Shown here piece by piece: positions 15,951-24,663 of a stretch of DNA of 32,000 nucleotides. The notes beneath the pieces were generated by a model, which was given only the letters and a program-made list of their open reading frames with translations, ran no database searches and had not been told where the DNA came from. Origin of the DNA: Candidatus Hadarchaeales archaeon (lineage in GTDB: Archaea > Hadarchaeota > Hadarchaeia > Hadarchaeales > Hadarchaeaceae); assembly GCA_038823825.1 (NCBI GenBank), contig JAWBCC010000001.1:210001-242000 (forward strand), written 5' to 3'. Each line of letters begins with the position of its first letter. The first letter of the stretch is position 1. Position numbers and translations under genes: made by a program.

Positions 15951-16691
15951 ATGGTATTTGCACCACCAGGCGCGGGTTATGACCGGGCGATAACCGTCTT
16001 CAGCCCGGATGGCAAACTTTATCAGGTCCAGTACGCTCAAGAAGCGGTAAAACGGGGACTCACAGCTCTCGGGATGAAAGTCAAGGATGGCGTTGTCCTC
16101 GCAGCTGAAAAGATGGTCCGCAGCAAACTCGTTGAGGAGACTTCGATAGAGAAAATTTTCCAGATAGACGAGCACATAGGGGCTGCAGTCTCCGGCCTCA
16201 TCGCTGACGGTCGAGTCCTAATAGATCAAGCAAGACTTGAGGCACAGATAAACAGACTGCGATATGACGAGCCGATAACGGTCTACGCATTGGCCAAGAG
16301 GATCGGAGATATCCAGCAACTTTACACTCAGCACGGTGGCGTTCGTCCGTTCGGGGTGAGAATTCTGATAGGAGGAGTGGATAATGGAACGCCCAGCCTC
16401 TACGAGACTGATCCAAGCGGAGTTGTAGCTGCTTACAAATGTCAGGCAATAGGTAGGGAATCGCAAACCGTGGTTAACTTCTTCGAGGAAAAATACGACC
16501 CGAACCTCGGTTTAGAAGATGCGATAAAGCTTGCGGTCGAGGCCCTATCGAAAGTTGTCGAGCCGCCCTTAACTTCCGACAAGTTAGAAATGGCTGTGAT
16601 TCCAATGGAGACCGCAAAGTTCCGAAAGCTCACGCAGACAGAGATCTCAAAGTATACGAAGCCATACGAAAAAGCCAGACCGAAGGAGTAG
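15951..16691 (+). CDS. psmA: Proteasome subunit alpha
   Basis: It has the N-terminal signature [28 protein letters not shown], is 246 aa long, and sits at the head of the exosome superoperon. Confidence 0.95.
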   Translation: MVFAPPGAGYDRAITVFSPDGKLYQVQYAQEAVKRGLTALGMKVKDGVVLAAEKMVRSKLVEETSIEKIFQIDEHIGAAVSGLIADGRVLIDQARLEAQINRLRYDEPITVYALAKRIGDIQQLYTQHGGVRPFGVRILIGGVDNGTPSLYETDPSGVVAAYKCQAIGRESQTVVNFFEEKYDPNLGLEDAIKLAVEALSKVVEPPLTSDKLEMAVIPMETAKFRKLTQTEISKYTKPYEKARPKE

Positions 16692-16703
16692 AAGGAGTCT
16701 CCT

Positions 16704-17399
16704 ATGGTCAAGTTAGAGGATGCCGTGATAGCGAGATTTTCAAGTCACGGCATGAACTTCGAAATTTTGGTCGACCCAAACTTGGCTGTTAGTCTGCGAG
16801 AGGGCAAGCAGGTAGACATGAGAGCGATGCTCGCCATTGACAAGGTTTTCAAAGATGCCCGGAAGGGAGAGTCGGCGTCGGAAGAAAGTCTTTTAAAGGT
16901 TTTCGGTACGTCCGACGTTTTCCGGGTTGCCGAACAAATCGTGAAAAACGGTGAAATTCAGCTTACGACCGAGCAGCGCAGAAAGATGAGGGAGGAAAAG
17001 GTGAAGCAAATCGTGACTATCCTTTCAAGAAGGGCGATAAATCCACAGACTGGAACTCCTCATCCTCCGGCAAGGATAGAAGCTGCCCTGAAGGAGGCAA
17101 AGGTTCAAATCGACGAGTTCAAGAGTGCTGAAGAGCAGATTCCGAAGATAGTCAAGGCCTTGCTTCCAATTCTACCGTTGAAATTTGAAATCAGGAAAAT
17201 TGCAGTTAAAATTCCGCCAGCCTACGTCGGAAAAGCTATCCACGTTGTGAGAAAAATGGGCACCATCAAGCAGGAGGAGTGGCTTCAAGATGGTTCTTGG
17301 GTGGTTTTAATGGAGATCCCGGCTGCTGTGGAAGCCGAAGTCTACGAAAAGTTGAACGAGCTAACGAAAGGAGAGGTTGAAACGAAGGTGATAGAATGA
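16704..17399 (+). CDS. SBDS-family ribosome maturation protein (Sdo1 homologue)
   Basis: The 231-aa ORF begins with a typical SBDS N-terminus, [21 protein letters not shown], followed by [19 protein letters not shown]. It occupies the conserved position between psmA and rrp4. Confidence 0.88.
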   Translation: MVKLEDAVIARFSSHGMNFEILVDPNLAVSLREGKQVDMRAMLAIDKVFKDARKGESASEESLLKVFGTSDVFRVAEQIVKNGEIQLTTEQRRKMREEKVKQIVTILSRRAINPQTGTPHPPARIEAALKEAKVQIDEFKSAEEQIPKIVKALLPILPLKFEIRKIAVKIPPAYVGKAIHVVRKMGTIKQEEWLQDGSWVVLMEIPAAVEAEVYEKLNELTKGEVETKVIE

Positions 17400-18094
17400 T
17401 TCTCGTTCAGAACAGGGAGCTTGTGATTCCAGGTCAGAAAATCGCGGAAGGAAAGTACAAGATCAAGGAAGGAGTTTACAAGGAAGGTGACGAGATATTT
17501 GCTGCAGTGGTTGGTCTAGCGGAAATCAGCGATGAAACGATTAAGGTGATCCCGCTAGAAGGGAGATATATTCCCAAGGAAGGCGATCTGGTCATAGGAG
17601 TTGTGATAGACGTTCACGCTTGGGGGTGGGTTGTGGACATAAACTCACCCTATACTGGAAATCTGCTGTTTTCCGATTACTTAGAAAGAAAGGTGGATCC
17701 GGTCCGGGAAAATCCACACAAACATCTCACACTTGGTGATGTTGTTGCTCTGCAGGTCAAAGAAGTTAACGAAAGAAAGTACGTTTTACTTGAGGGCGGC
17801 AAAGCTGGTCTCGGGAGGTTGCGAGGAGGCAGAATGGTAGAGATCTCTCCCATGAAAATCCCACGCGTGAGAGGAAAAAAGGGTTCAATGCTCAAGGTTC
17901 TTCAGGATATCGGTGGATGTCGACTTTTGGTCGGACAGAATGGAAGAATAGTTATATGGGCGAAAACACCTGAGCGCACGGCTGTAATAGTTGAGGCTCT
18001 GAAGAGAATTGAGAGGGAAGCGCACATACCAGGTCTGACAGACCGAATACGTTTAATGCTGGAAGGGAGGAATGTAAAGGATGCAGAAACCTGA
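17396..18094 (+). CDS. rrp4: Exosome complex RNA-binding subunit Rrp4 (N-terminal, S1 and KH domains)
   Basis: It has VIPGQ.IAEG, the S1 region [10 protein letters not shown]....W.VDI and the KH region GKKGSM...L......C.L.VGQNG.I. It overlaps the SBDS stop by 4 nt. Confidence 0.9.
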   Translation: MILVQNRELVIPGQKIAEGKYKIKEGVYKEGDEIFAAVVGLAEISDETIKVIPLEGRYIPKEGDLVIGVVIDVHAWGWVVDINSPYTGNLLFSDYLERKVDPVRENPHKHLTLGDVVALQVKEVNERKYVLLEGGKAGLGRLRGGRMVEISPMKIPRVRGKKGSMLKVLQDIGGCRLLVGQNGRIVIWAKTPERTAVIVEALKRIEREAHIPGLTDRIRLMLEGRNVKDAET

Positions 18095-18797
18095 AAAGCT
18101 GATAATTGATGGCAGAAGGCTAGATGGTCGGGCACCGGACGAGATGAGACCACTGAAAATAATTGCTGGACCCTTGCAGAGGGCTGACGGATCAGCCTAT
18201 GTAGAGCTTGGAAAAAACAAGGTTCTTGCGGCGGTTTACGGACCTCGTGAGATGCATCCGAAGCATGAAGCAGAGCCCGACCAGTGCATCCTGCGCTGTA
18301 GATATTCCATGGCACCGTTCTCTGTTGAGGAGAGGAAGAAACCAGGACCAGACAGAAGATCGATTGAGATTTCCAAGGTCATAAGAGAAGCCCTTGAACC
18401 GGTTCTTTTCTTGGAATTATACCCAAGAGCTGTCATAGACGTGTTTATCGAGGTGCTTCAAGCCGATGCTGGGACAAGAACAGCCGGGATAAACGCCGCG
18501 GCAGTTGCCCTAGCCGACGCCGGGATTCCAATGAAGGATCTTGTCTCCGCGATTGCCGTGGGAAAGGTCGATGGAACAGTGGTTTTGGATCTTAACAAAG
18601 AGGAAGATCAATTTGGAGAGACAGACATGCCAGTCGCGATGATAGTCAGGAGAAAGGCGATCACGCTTCTCCAGATGGACGGACATTTCACGGAGGAAGA
18701 GTTTAAGCAAGCTCTGGATTTTGCTTTCAAAGGGTGCGAGCAGGTATTTGAGGCTCAGAGACGTGCCTTGAAGGAGAAATATGTGGTGAAGGTGTGA
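18081..18797 (+). CDS. rrp41: Exosome complex exonuclease Rrp41 (RNase PH fold, catalytic subunit)
   Basis: It has [44 protein letters not shown] and [22 protein letters not shown]. Confidence 0.9.
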   Translation: MQKPEKLIIDGRRLDGRAPDEMRPLKIIAGPLQRADGSAYVELGKNKVLAAVYGPREMHPKHEAEPDQCILRCRYSMAPFSVEERKKPGPDRRSIEISKVIREALEPVLFLELYPRAVIDVFIEVLQADAGTRTAGINAAAVALADAGIPMKDLVSAIAVGKVDGTVVLDLNKEEDQFGETDMPVAMIVRRKAITLLQMDGHFTEEEFKQALDFAFKGCEQVFEAQRRALKEKYVVKV

Positions 18798-18800
18798 GAA

Positions 18801-19568
18801 ATGGAAGTGGTTTCCAGAATAAAGAAGGATTACATAATGAGTTTGCTGCAGCAAGGGAAGAGAATAGATGGGAGAGCTTTCGATCAGTTCAGAAGTGTTA
18901 GCGTGGAGAAAGGGATTATCCAAACTGCTAACGGATCGGCTCTTGTGAAGATGGGTGCCACGCAGGTGCTTGTTGGAGTGAAGATAGGGAAAGGAGAACC
19001 TTTTCCCGACCAGCCGGAAGAAGGAATTCTGGTCGTGAACGCGGAGCTTCTTCCTTTGGCCTCACCGACTTTTGAGCCAGGTCCGCCGGACGAAGATGCG
19101 ATAGAGCTTGCGAGGGTCGTCGACCGCGGTATCCGGGAGTCTAAATGCTTGGAGCTTGAAAAGATGGCGATAGTTCCGGGCGAGGAAGTCTGGACGGTTT
19201 TTATAGATATTTATGTTCTGGATCACGACGGAAACCTTATTGATGCCTCGGCTCTCGCAGCCATAGCCGCTCTGACTGATACGAAGCCACCGGCCGATGA
19301 GGCTTGGAAGCTTCAAGGTTTTCCGCTGAGAAAGTATCCTGTAGCCGTGACTTTTGCGAAGATTGGCGATCAGCTTCTGCTGGATCCAAATCTTGAGGAA
19401 GAGCAGGTGATGGATGCTAGACTGACGATGGCTTTCACGGAGGATGGAGCCTTGTGCGCTATGCAGAAGGGAGGAAAGGGATACTTTACCAGAGAGGAAG
19501 TGGAGAGAGCCTTTCAGATTGCAAGGCAAAAGTCCGCGGAGCTCAGAAGATTATTAGGAGTAGGTTAA
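18801..19568 (+). CDS. rrp42: Exosome complex subunit Rrp42 (RNase PH fold)
   Basis: It has GKRIDGRAFDQFRSVSVEKGII..ANGSALVKMGATQVLVGVK, is 255 aa long, and holds the conserved position after rrp41. Confidence 0.9.
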   Translation: MEVVSRIKKDYIMSLLQQGKRIDGRAFDQFRSVSVEKGIIQTANGSALVKMGATQVLVGVKIGKGEPFPDQPEEGILVVNAELLPLASPTFEPGPPDEDAIELARVVDRGIRESKCLELEKMAIVPGEEVWTVFIDIYVLDHDGNLIDASALAAIAALTDTKPPADEAWKLQGFPLRKYPVAVTFAKIGDQLLLDPNLEEEQVMDARLTMAFTEDGALCAMQKGGKGYFTREEVERAFQIARQKSAELRRLLGVG

Positions 19569-19569
19569 A

Positions 19570-19800
19570 ATGGCTAGAAAGAGGACGAAAAAGGTTGGAA
19601 TAGCCGGAAAATTCGGCCCGCGCTATGGATTCACTCTGAGGAGGAGATATGCCGAAGTTGCGGAGAAGGCCAGGAAACAGTATCCGTGTCCGAACTGCGG
19701 TGCGGTGAAGGCCAAGAGAATAAGCACGGCGATATGGCAGTGCAGACGATGCGGGACGAAATTCGCAGGTCGGGCATACTATCCGACTGAATCCGCTTGA
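19570..19800 (+). CDS. rpl37ae: Large-subunit ribosomal protein L37Ae (eL43)
   Basis: The 76-aa ORF reads TKKVGIAGKFGPRYG with the zinc ribbon CPNCG...WQCRRCG. Confidence 0.92.
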   Translation: MARKRTKKVGIAGKFGPRYGFTLRRRYAEVAEKARKQYPCPNCGAVKAKRISTAIWQCRRCGTKFAGRAYYPTESA

Positions 19801-19810
19801 AAGAGATTGT

Positions 19811-20311
19811 ATGATATTGCTTACGACCTCAAGGAGGCCGTATCACGAGACGCGAATTCTTGCCCGTGAACTCTCAAGAGTCCTCCCGTCTTCCCGCTAC
19901 CTTCCGCGGGGAACTAAAACGGTCAACGAACTTCTCTCGCTCGCATTCCGCTTCGGGCTCAAAGGGGTGTGGATAGTGGAGAACTCCGATGGGAAGCCAG
20001 GATTTCTCAGGTGTATATTGCCAACCCGTGGCAGCCTCTGGGAAGAACTCCAAATCGACTTCTCGGATTTTGTTCTTCAAAGAGGAACCGGAAAGAAGAT
20101 AGAAATCAGTCCTACGCACTTGAAGATTCTTCCTGGGGGAGAACCCCTTGCCCACGAGATATCAAAGTTTCTGCAATTACAGATTGCTGAAAAATCCGGA
20201 GAACCTGCGGTGCTCGTCGGAGAAAGAGAAATAGCATTCTGGGATGGACAGGGAAGGATTCCTCCGGAGTTATATGTTTCTTCTTGGAGGAAAGTCGGTG
20301 GCGAAGCCTAA
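19811..20311 (+). CDS. Brix-domain ribosome biogenesis protein (Imp4-like)
   Basis: The N-terminus MILLTTSRRPYHETRILARELSRVLPSSRYLPRGTKTVNELL matches the archaeal Brix pattern (Mth680-like). It holds the conserved superoperon position. Confidence 0.75.
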   Translation: MILLTTSRRPYHETRILARELSRVLPSSRYLPRGTKTVNELLSLAFRFGLKGVWIVENSDGKPGFLRCILPTRGSLWEELQIDFSDFVLQRGTGKKIEISPTHLKILPGGEPLAHEISKFLQLQIAEKSGEPAVLVGEREIAFWDGQGRIPPELYVSSWRKVGGEA

Positions 20312-20627
20312 AAGAGTTTCTGCAAAGCTTTATTTCGACTTTGAAGACACGAAAAAAGCAGAAAGTGTATTCAAGGCGGTTCTACCGGAGAAGGATATAG
20401 AGAGATCAAGATGCAGAGTTTCCATGTTTTTAAGGGAAAGCGTTTTATATGTTGAGATAGATGCTCCAAACACGGCTTCGCTGAGAGCTGCCATAAACTC
20501 CGTGGGGAGGTGGATAGCTCTAGCGGATGAGATGGTGGAGAGGTGTGAGGAATGGAAGAGCTTTCCCCGCAGGTTAGACATCAGCTCGTCCAGTTCCAGC
20601 AGGCGCAGCAGCAGGCGCAGGCGATAA
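20298..20627 (+). CDS. pcc1: KEOPS subunit Pcc1 homologue with an unusual S/R-rich C-terminal tail
   Basis: The sequence KPKRVSAKLYFDFED...AESVFKAVLPE...LYVEIDAPNTASLRAAINSVGRWIALADEMVE is collinear with Pyrococcus Pcc1 as I remember it. I chose the GTG at 20298, which has GGAGG 7 nt upstream. The tracked start at 20244 lies deep inside the Brix gene. The last 24 codons overlap pfdB. Confidence 0.72.
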   Translation: MAKPKRVSAKLYFDFEDTKKAESVFKAVLPEKDIERSRCRVSMFLRESVLYVEIDAPNTASLRAAINSVGRWIALADEMVERCEEWKSFPRRLDISSSSSSRRSSRRRR

Positions 20628-20917
20628 TCGCGCAGAGACAGCAGCTCGAGATGCTGATTAAGGAAACAGAGATGGCGCTGCAGGAGCTGCAAAAGTTACC
20701 TGACGATGCTGTGGTTTACAAGAGCGTTGGGACAATTCTGGTCAGGGTGAACAAGCAGGAGCTGCAACAGAGTTTAACTGAAGAAAAAGAGGAGCTGGAC
20801 TTGAGAATAAAGACGCTGGCAAGGCAGCAGGAGAGAATTCTGGAGAGACTGGAGGAAATGCGCCAGAAGCTGGAAGAGGCTCTCAAGGGACAGCCGAAAG
20901 GTGGGGCGGCCGGTTAG
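20552..20917 (+). CDS. pfdB: Prefoldin subunit beta
   Basis: It has LSPQVRHQLVQFQQAQQQAQAIIAQRQQLE....E...AL.EL.KLPDDAVVYKSVGTILV and a coiled coil at each end, and is 121 aa long. Confidence 0.88.
   Translation: MEELSPQVRHQLVQFQQAQQQAQAIIAQRQQLEMLIKETEMALQELQKLPDDAVVYKSVGTILVRVNKQELQQSLTEEKEELDLRIKTLARQQERILERLEEMRQKLEEALKGQPKGGAAG
20597..20620 (+). repeat. Perfect tandem duplication, 2 x 12 nt (cagcaggcgcag)
   Basis: I read it directly at 20597-20608 and 20609-20620. It encodes QQAQQQAQ in pfdB and the S/R-rich tail in the overlapping pcc1 frame. Confidence 0.9.
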
Positions 20918-20924
20918 CTTGTCG

Positions 20925-21911
20925 ATGATGGAGGTAGCGGAAGCCCTCAGGTCGCTTTCGGGCAAGCGGGCGTTAGTTCTCTGTCACCACTTTGCCGACC
21001 CGGATGGGGTAGCAAGCACTGTCGTTCTCTCCGAGGTTCTCTCTACGCTTGGAGCAAAATCAGTGGCTGCTGTCGCCGATGACATATCCCTGCCAGCTCG
21101 GCAGATATTGGAGTATTTCGGAAGGAAGGTGGAAATCAACCCGGAGCTCGATTTTGATGCCATAGTCCTCGTGGACACTTCCAGTTTTGGTCATCTCGGA
21201 AGTTTTGGTGAAAAAGTCGAAAAATTTCAGGGTTTGAAGATAGTAATAGACCACCACCGACCAAATGAGGAAACCAGAAAAGCCGTGGATTTTCATTTTG
21301 TTTTTGAAGAGTACATTTCCGAATGTGAACTGCTTGCGGATCTCGTGAAGGAGATGGGACTTAAGTTAACCCCCGAGCAGGCCTCCATGCTTCTCGCCGG
21401 TATTCTTACGGACACGGCGCATTTCAGGTTAGCTAAACCAAAGACCTTTCTCGTGGTTTCAGAGCTTTTGAAGGCGGGAGCGGATTATCAAAAAGTTGTA
21501 GAATTACTCAAGCCTCCGGAGGATAAGTCAAAGAGGGTAGCGGTTCTTAAGGCGATTGAAAGATCGGAGGTTAAAAGAATTCACGGTTTTCATTTCATTT
21601 TTTCAGAGGTCGGAGCTTTTGAGGGTGATGTGGCTTCGATTTTCGTGAAGATCGGTGCGGACGCTGCCTTTGTCGCATCTGAGGATAAGGGTAAGCTAAG
21701 GATGAGCATGAGGGCAAGCGAGCAGTTCATCGAGGAGACCAAAATTCATCTTGGTGAAGTGGCGGAAGAACTCGGGAAGATTTTCAACGGAAGCGGTGGG
21801 GGACATCCAGGGGCGGCAAGCATGATGGGAGAAGGAAGGCTCAAAGATCTCAAAAGAAATTTGTTTAATCTTCTTCAGAAGAAATTGGCTAGGTATGCAC
21901 TTGGAAAGTGA
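20925..21911 (+). CDS. DHH/DHHA1 family phosphoesterase (second paralogue; NrnA/RecJ-like)
   Basis: It has the DHH motifs CHHFADPDG (I), VLVD (II), DHHRP (III) and the DHHA1 motif GSGGGHPGAAS. I prefer ATG 20925, 7 nt after the pfdB stop, over the tracked GTG at 20901. Confidence 0.75.
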   Translation: MMEVAEALRSLSGKRALVLCHHFADPDGVASTVVLSEVLSTLGAKSVAAVADDISLPARQILEYFGRKVEINPELDFDAIVLVDTSSFGHLGSFGEKVEKFQGLKIVIDHHRPNEETRKAVDFHFVFEEYISECELLADLVKEMGLKLTPEQASMLLAGILTDTAHFRLAKPKTFLVVSELLKAGADYQKVVELLKPPEDKSKRVAVLKAIERSEVKRIHGFHFIFSEVGAFEGDVASIFVKIGADAAFVASEDKGKLRMSMRASEQFIEETKIHLGEVAEELGKIFNGSGGGHPGAASMMGEGRLKDLKRNLFNLLQKKLARYALGK

Positions 21912-22806
21912 ACGTCTACAGAAGGCGGGCTACAGGATAATCGGAAGACATAGCGCTGTGAAGGTTTGCCACTGGACGAAAAAGAGCTTGTTAGACCGGG
22001 GCGTTTGCTACAAAGAGGAGTTTTACGGACGTGAGCTCGGGATAAAGAGTCACTTATGTCTCCAGATGACGCCTGCTTTGTGGTTTTGCGACCACAAATG
22101 CGTCCACTGCTGGAGAGACACCAGAGTGACCTCCAGTGTTTGGGAGGGGGAACCTGACGATCCTTCCCTGATCTTGGATTTAGCCATCAGAGCGCAGAGA
22201 GAACTCTTGAGCGGTTTCGGCGGGAATCCGGTAGTTAACAGAAAGAAATTTGAGGAAGCGAAGAATCCGAAGCATTGTGCGATATCGCTCGCTGGTGAGC
22301 CCACGTTTTATCCTAAGATTGCCGAACTGATCGAAGAATGCGCGAAACGTGGAATGACAAGTTTTCTTGTCTCTAATGGCATGCATCCAAAAGTCTTGGA
22401 GAAGATACCAAGTCCGAGTCAACTCTACATCTCCGTTCTTGCTCCCAATGAGGAACTTTACAGAAGACTGTGTTCTCCACTCATTCAGGATGGGTGGAAC
22501 AGGCTTTTGCAAAGTTTGGATGTTCTCAGGAGTTTTAAAGGTCGTACGGCTATAAGGATAACTCTAATCAGAGGAATGAATATGGACGATCCAGCGGCGT
22601 ATGCTCCGCTTGTCATTCGCGCTGAGCCGGACTTTGTTGAAGTGAAGGGATATATGTGGGTTGGTTACTCTAGAAGCAGACTCAAATTGGAGAACATGCC
22701 TTCTCACGCAGATGTTACAAGTTTCGCAAGCGAACTTTCCTCAGCGACGGGATATCGGATACCAGGTGAGCAACCGGCGAGCAGAGTTGTCCTACTCAAG
22801 CGCTGA
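21895..22806 (+). CDS. taw1: tRNA 4-demethylwyosine synthase Taw1 (TYW1 homologue, radical SAM)
   Basis: It has GYRIIGRHSAVKVCHWTKKSL, the radical-SAM cluster CDHKCVHCWR, CAISL.GEPT.YP and EVKGYMWVG.SR.RL, and is 303 aa long. Confidence 0.85.
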   Translation: MHLESERLQKAGYRIIGRHSAVKVCHWTKKSLLDRGVCYKEEFYGRELGIKSHLCLQMTPALWFCDHKCVHCWRDTRVTSSVWEGEPDDPSLILDLAIRAQRELLSGFGGNPVVNRKKFEEAKNPKHCAISLAGEPTFYPKIAELIEECAKRGMTSFLVSNGMHPKVLEKIPSPSQLYISVLAPNEELYRRLCSPLIQDGWNRLLQSLDVLRSFKGRTAIRITLIRGMNMDDPAAYAPLVIRAEPDFVEVKGYMWVGYSRSRLKLENMPSHADVTSFASELSSATGYRIPGEQPASRVVLLKR

Positions 22807-22839
22807 TCAAAAACAATTATTTCGTGCTTTATTTTTGAA

Positions 22840-22960
22840 ATTTGGGAAAATTTGGACCATTTGAACGGTCTAAAGGAAAATTTTCTTCAATTTTTTGGAA
22901 AAGTTTTGTTTTTGCAGAAAGAAAATTAAAATATCGAACCGTTTTTGGAGATTTTCTAAA
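22840..22960. repeat. Dispersed GGAAAA(T/G)TTT-type motifs in a 250-nt AT-rich intergenic region
   Basis: The copies are ggaaaattt at 22845-22853, ggaaaatttt at 22875-22884, ggaaaagtttt at 22897-22907, agaaaattaaaa at about 22920-22931, and ggagatttt at 22947-22955. Confidence 0.5.
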
Positions 22961-23055
22961 TACTTCCTCCTACACAAATTTCTTCGGAATCAATGAGTCG
23001 TGCGGTGACAGGGGCCGCACGAGGAGCTGCACCCGAAATGAAAGGAGGGAGAACA

Positions 23056-24456
23056 ATGCTGGGAGAACACGGATTTGCGGCCGTGGTGGTCGTAATAGTG
23101 CTGGTCTCGGTGGGCGCGGGAATGGCGATACCGGTTATCGTAGATTCCATCGATGTTAATCCAGACAGTCCGCTGTACGGACTGGAAAGGATCGGAGAGA
23201 GAATCAGAGAATCGTTTGCAGGTGGACAGCAGATGGATATCTCTCTCGCAAAAGAGAGAACAGCGGAGCTAGAGCTCATGGTCAGACGTCAAAAGGCCGA
23301 GAGATACGCATGGCTTGCAGACGAGATCGCTGAAAGACTGGAGAAGGCGACGGAGAGGGCTGCTGAAAACGTCGGTCTCGTCAGGGCGATGGAGGCGGTC
23401 CAGATACACACGAGAAGACTAGAGACTCTTCTGGAGAACGAGAATCTGCCGGAGAAAGCCAGGCTTGCGGTTTCCTTTGCGCTTTGCAGGAGCAGTGCAG
23501 TGATGGGCGTTCTTTCAGAAGTTCAGGCTCGCGTTGAGGCTCGCGAGAGGATCCGCGAGAGAATCAGAGAGATGCGTGAGGAGTTCGCAGATCTCAAGAA
23601 AGAAGCGGAAGAGAACCTACGAATGAATTTGCCGATAGAGCCGGCTCTGCACAGAGTCCATATGATGGTCGCCACAAGGTTGATGGCCAGAATAGAGAAC
23701 ATTATTGTTGTGAAACCAGAGAACGCTGAAAATCTCGCAGAACTCATACAGAGAAGGCTAGAGGAAGCGCTGACAAACTGCACGGATAATCAGCTCATCG
23801 AAGAAGTGCTGGAGAAACTCGCTGAATACCGGGAGAAGCTCGAGAATATCCGCGAAAACATGCCAGAGATCCTGCCATGGATTCCACCTATTTGCAACAG
23901 GATCGTTATAGTAATAGTCGTTGTGGAGAACAAAGTTGTAAACATTCCTCAAGTACCTCCGATAGAAATGCGTGAGAACATCAAGGAAACGTTGCGCCAG
24001 ATCAGAGAGGAAATCAGAGAAATCAGGCAAGAGTTCAAGCAGATCAGAGAGGAAATAAGAGAAAGGCTGCGTCAGGGTGAGAACATTCAAGAAATTATCG
24101 ATAATCTCGATCTCTCAACAGTCGAGGTCTTGATCAAGAATCTCCAGATGCAGGTCGAAAATCTCAGAAGCATGCGATCATTGGACATGGCGAGCGAACA
24201 TGTCTACAGAATCGTTAGGAGAGTGAATAAACCGGAACAACTGGAAAGGGTCAGAAATCTCTTGGAGCACAAGATATTGCCACTTAAAGAGAACGTTCCG
24301 GCCGGTGCACCAGTCGAAAATCTCATAGAATGGACGGAGAACTGTTTGCAGAGTATCAATCAGATTCAGCAGGGAGTTGAAGCTGGAGAGATACCTCCGC
24401 AGCAGATACAGTCCACGATCGTAGATATGATAAAACCGCCGCACTGGAGAAGGTGA
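23056..24456 (+). CDS. Hypothetical membrane-anchored coiled-coil protein (possible DUF5667-like N-terminal motif)
   Basis: I chose the start at ATG 23056 because of the strong SD aaaggagggag 6 nt upstream. It has an N-terminal TM helix (FAAVVVVIVLVSVGAGMAIPVIV), then PDSPLYGLERIGERIRE, then long E/R/I-rich heptad-like segments (IREEIREIRQEFKQIREEIRERLRQ). The family assignment is from memory only. Confidence 0.5.
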   Translation: MLGEHGFAAVVVVIVLVSVGAGMAIPVIVDSIDVNPDSPLYGLERIGERIRESFAGGQQMDISLAKERTAELELMVRRQKAERYAWLADEIAERLEKATERAAENVGLVRAMEAVQIHTRRLETLLENENLPEKARLAVSFALCRSSAVMGVLSEVQARVEARERIRERIREMREEFADLKKEAEENLRMNLPIEPALHRVHMMVATRLMARIENIIVVKPENAENLAELIQRRLEEALTNCTDNQLIEEVLEKLAEYREKLENIRENMPEILPWIPPICNRIVIVIVVVENKVVNIPQVPPIEMRENIKETLRQIREEIREIRQEFKQIREEIRERLRQGENIQEIIDNLDLSTVEVLIKNLQMQVENLRSMRSLDMASEHVYRIVRRVNKPEQLERVRNLLEHKILPLKENVPAGAPVENLIEWTENCLQSINQIQQGVEAGEIPPQQIQSTIVDMIKPPHWRR

Positions 24457-24460
24457 AACG

Positions 24461-24637
24461 ATGAGGCAGGACGCAGGGATAGTCATACTCTCGATGATCT
24501 TACCAGTGGTCATCCTCGCTGGGTTGTTTCAGGGTGTCGAAGACCTTTCAGCCAAAGTTCTTGCTCTTCTGCTGCCGGCGGTGGTCTCAGGGGGGATAGC
24601 TCTTCTGATGGTCGCCGCCACGCGTCGCCAGAAATAA
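24461..24637 (+). CDS. Small two-TM membrane protein, 58 aa (below the ORF-track size cut-off)
   Basis: Manual translation gives MRQDAGIVILSMILPVVILAGLFQGVEDLSAKVLALLLPAVVSGGIALLMVAATRRQK*. The ATG lies 4 nt after the upstream stop, with aggtga 5 nt upstream. It has two hydrophobic helices and a basic tail. Confidence 0.45.
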   Translation: MRQDAGIVILSMILPVVILAGLFQGVEDLSAKVLALLLPAVVSGGIALLMVAATRRQK

Positions 24638-24663
24638 AAACACAGAATGTCAAGATAAAATCG

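Noticed and set aside
15816-16175. A 119-aa minus-strand ORF spanning the psmA promoter and 5' end.
   Set aside because: It overlaps the psmA start and the AT-rich promoter region. There is no SD or TATA in a suitable position and no recognisable family.
22993-23055. An upstream start (MSRAVTGAARGAAPEMKGGRT...) for the coiled-coil membrane protein.
   Set aside because: A strong SD (aaaggagggag) sits inside this extension at ideal distance from ATG 23056, and the extension would place 21 polar residues before the signal-anchor helix. It remains only an alternative.
22842-23159. A 105-aa plus-strand ORF starting in the AT-rich intergenic region.
   Set aside because: It runs out of frame into the better-supported 23056 gene and has an R/G-rich nonsense-like C-terminal half. 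The N-terminal part merely translates the repeat motifs.
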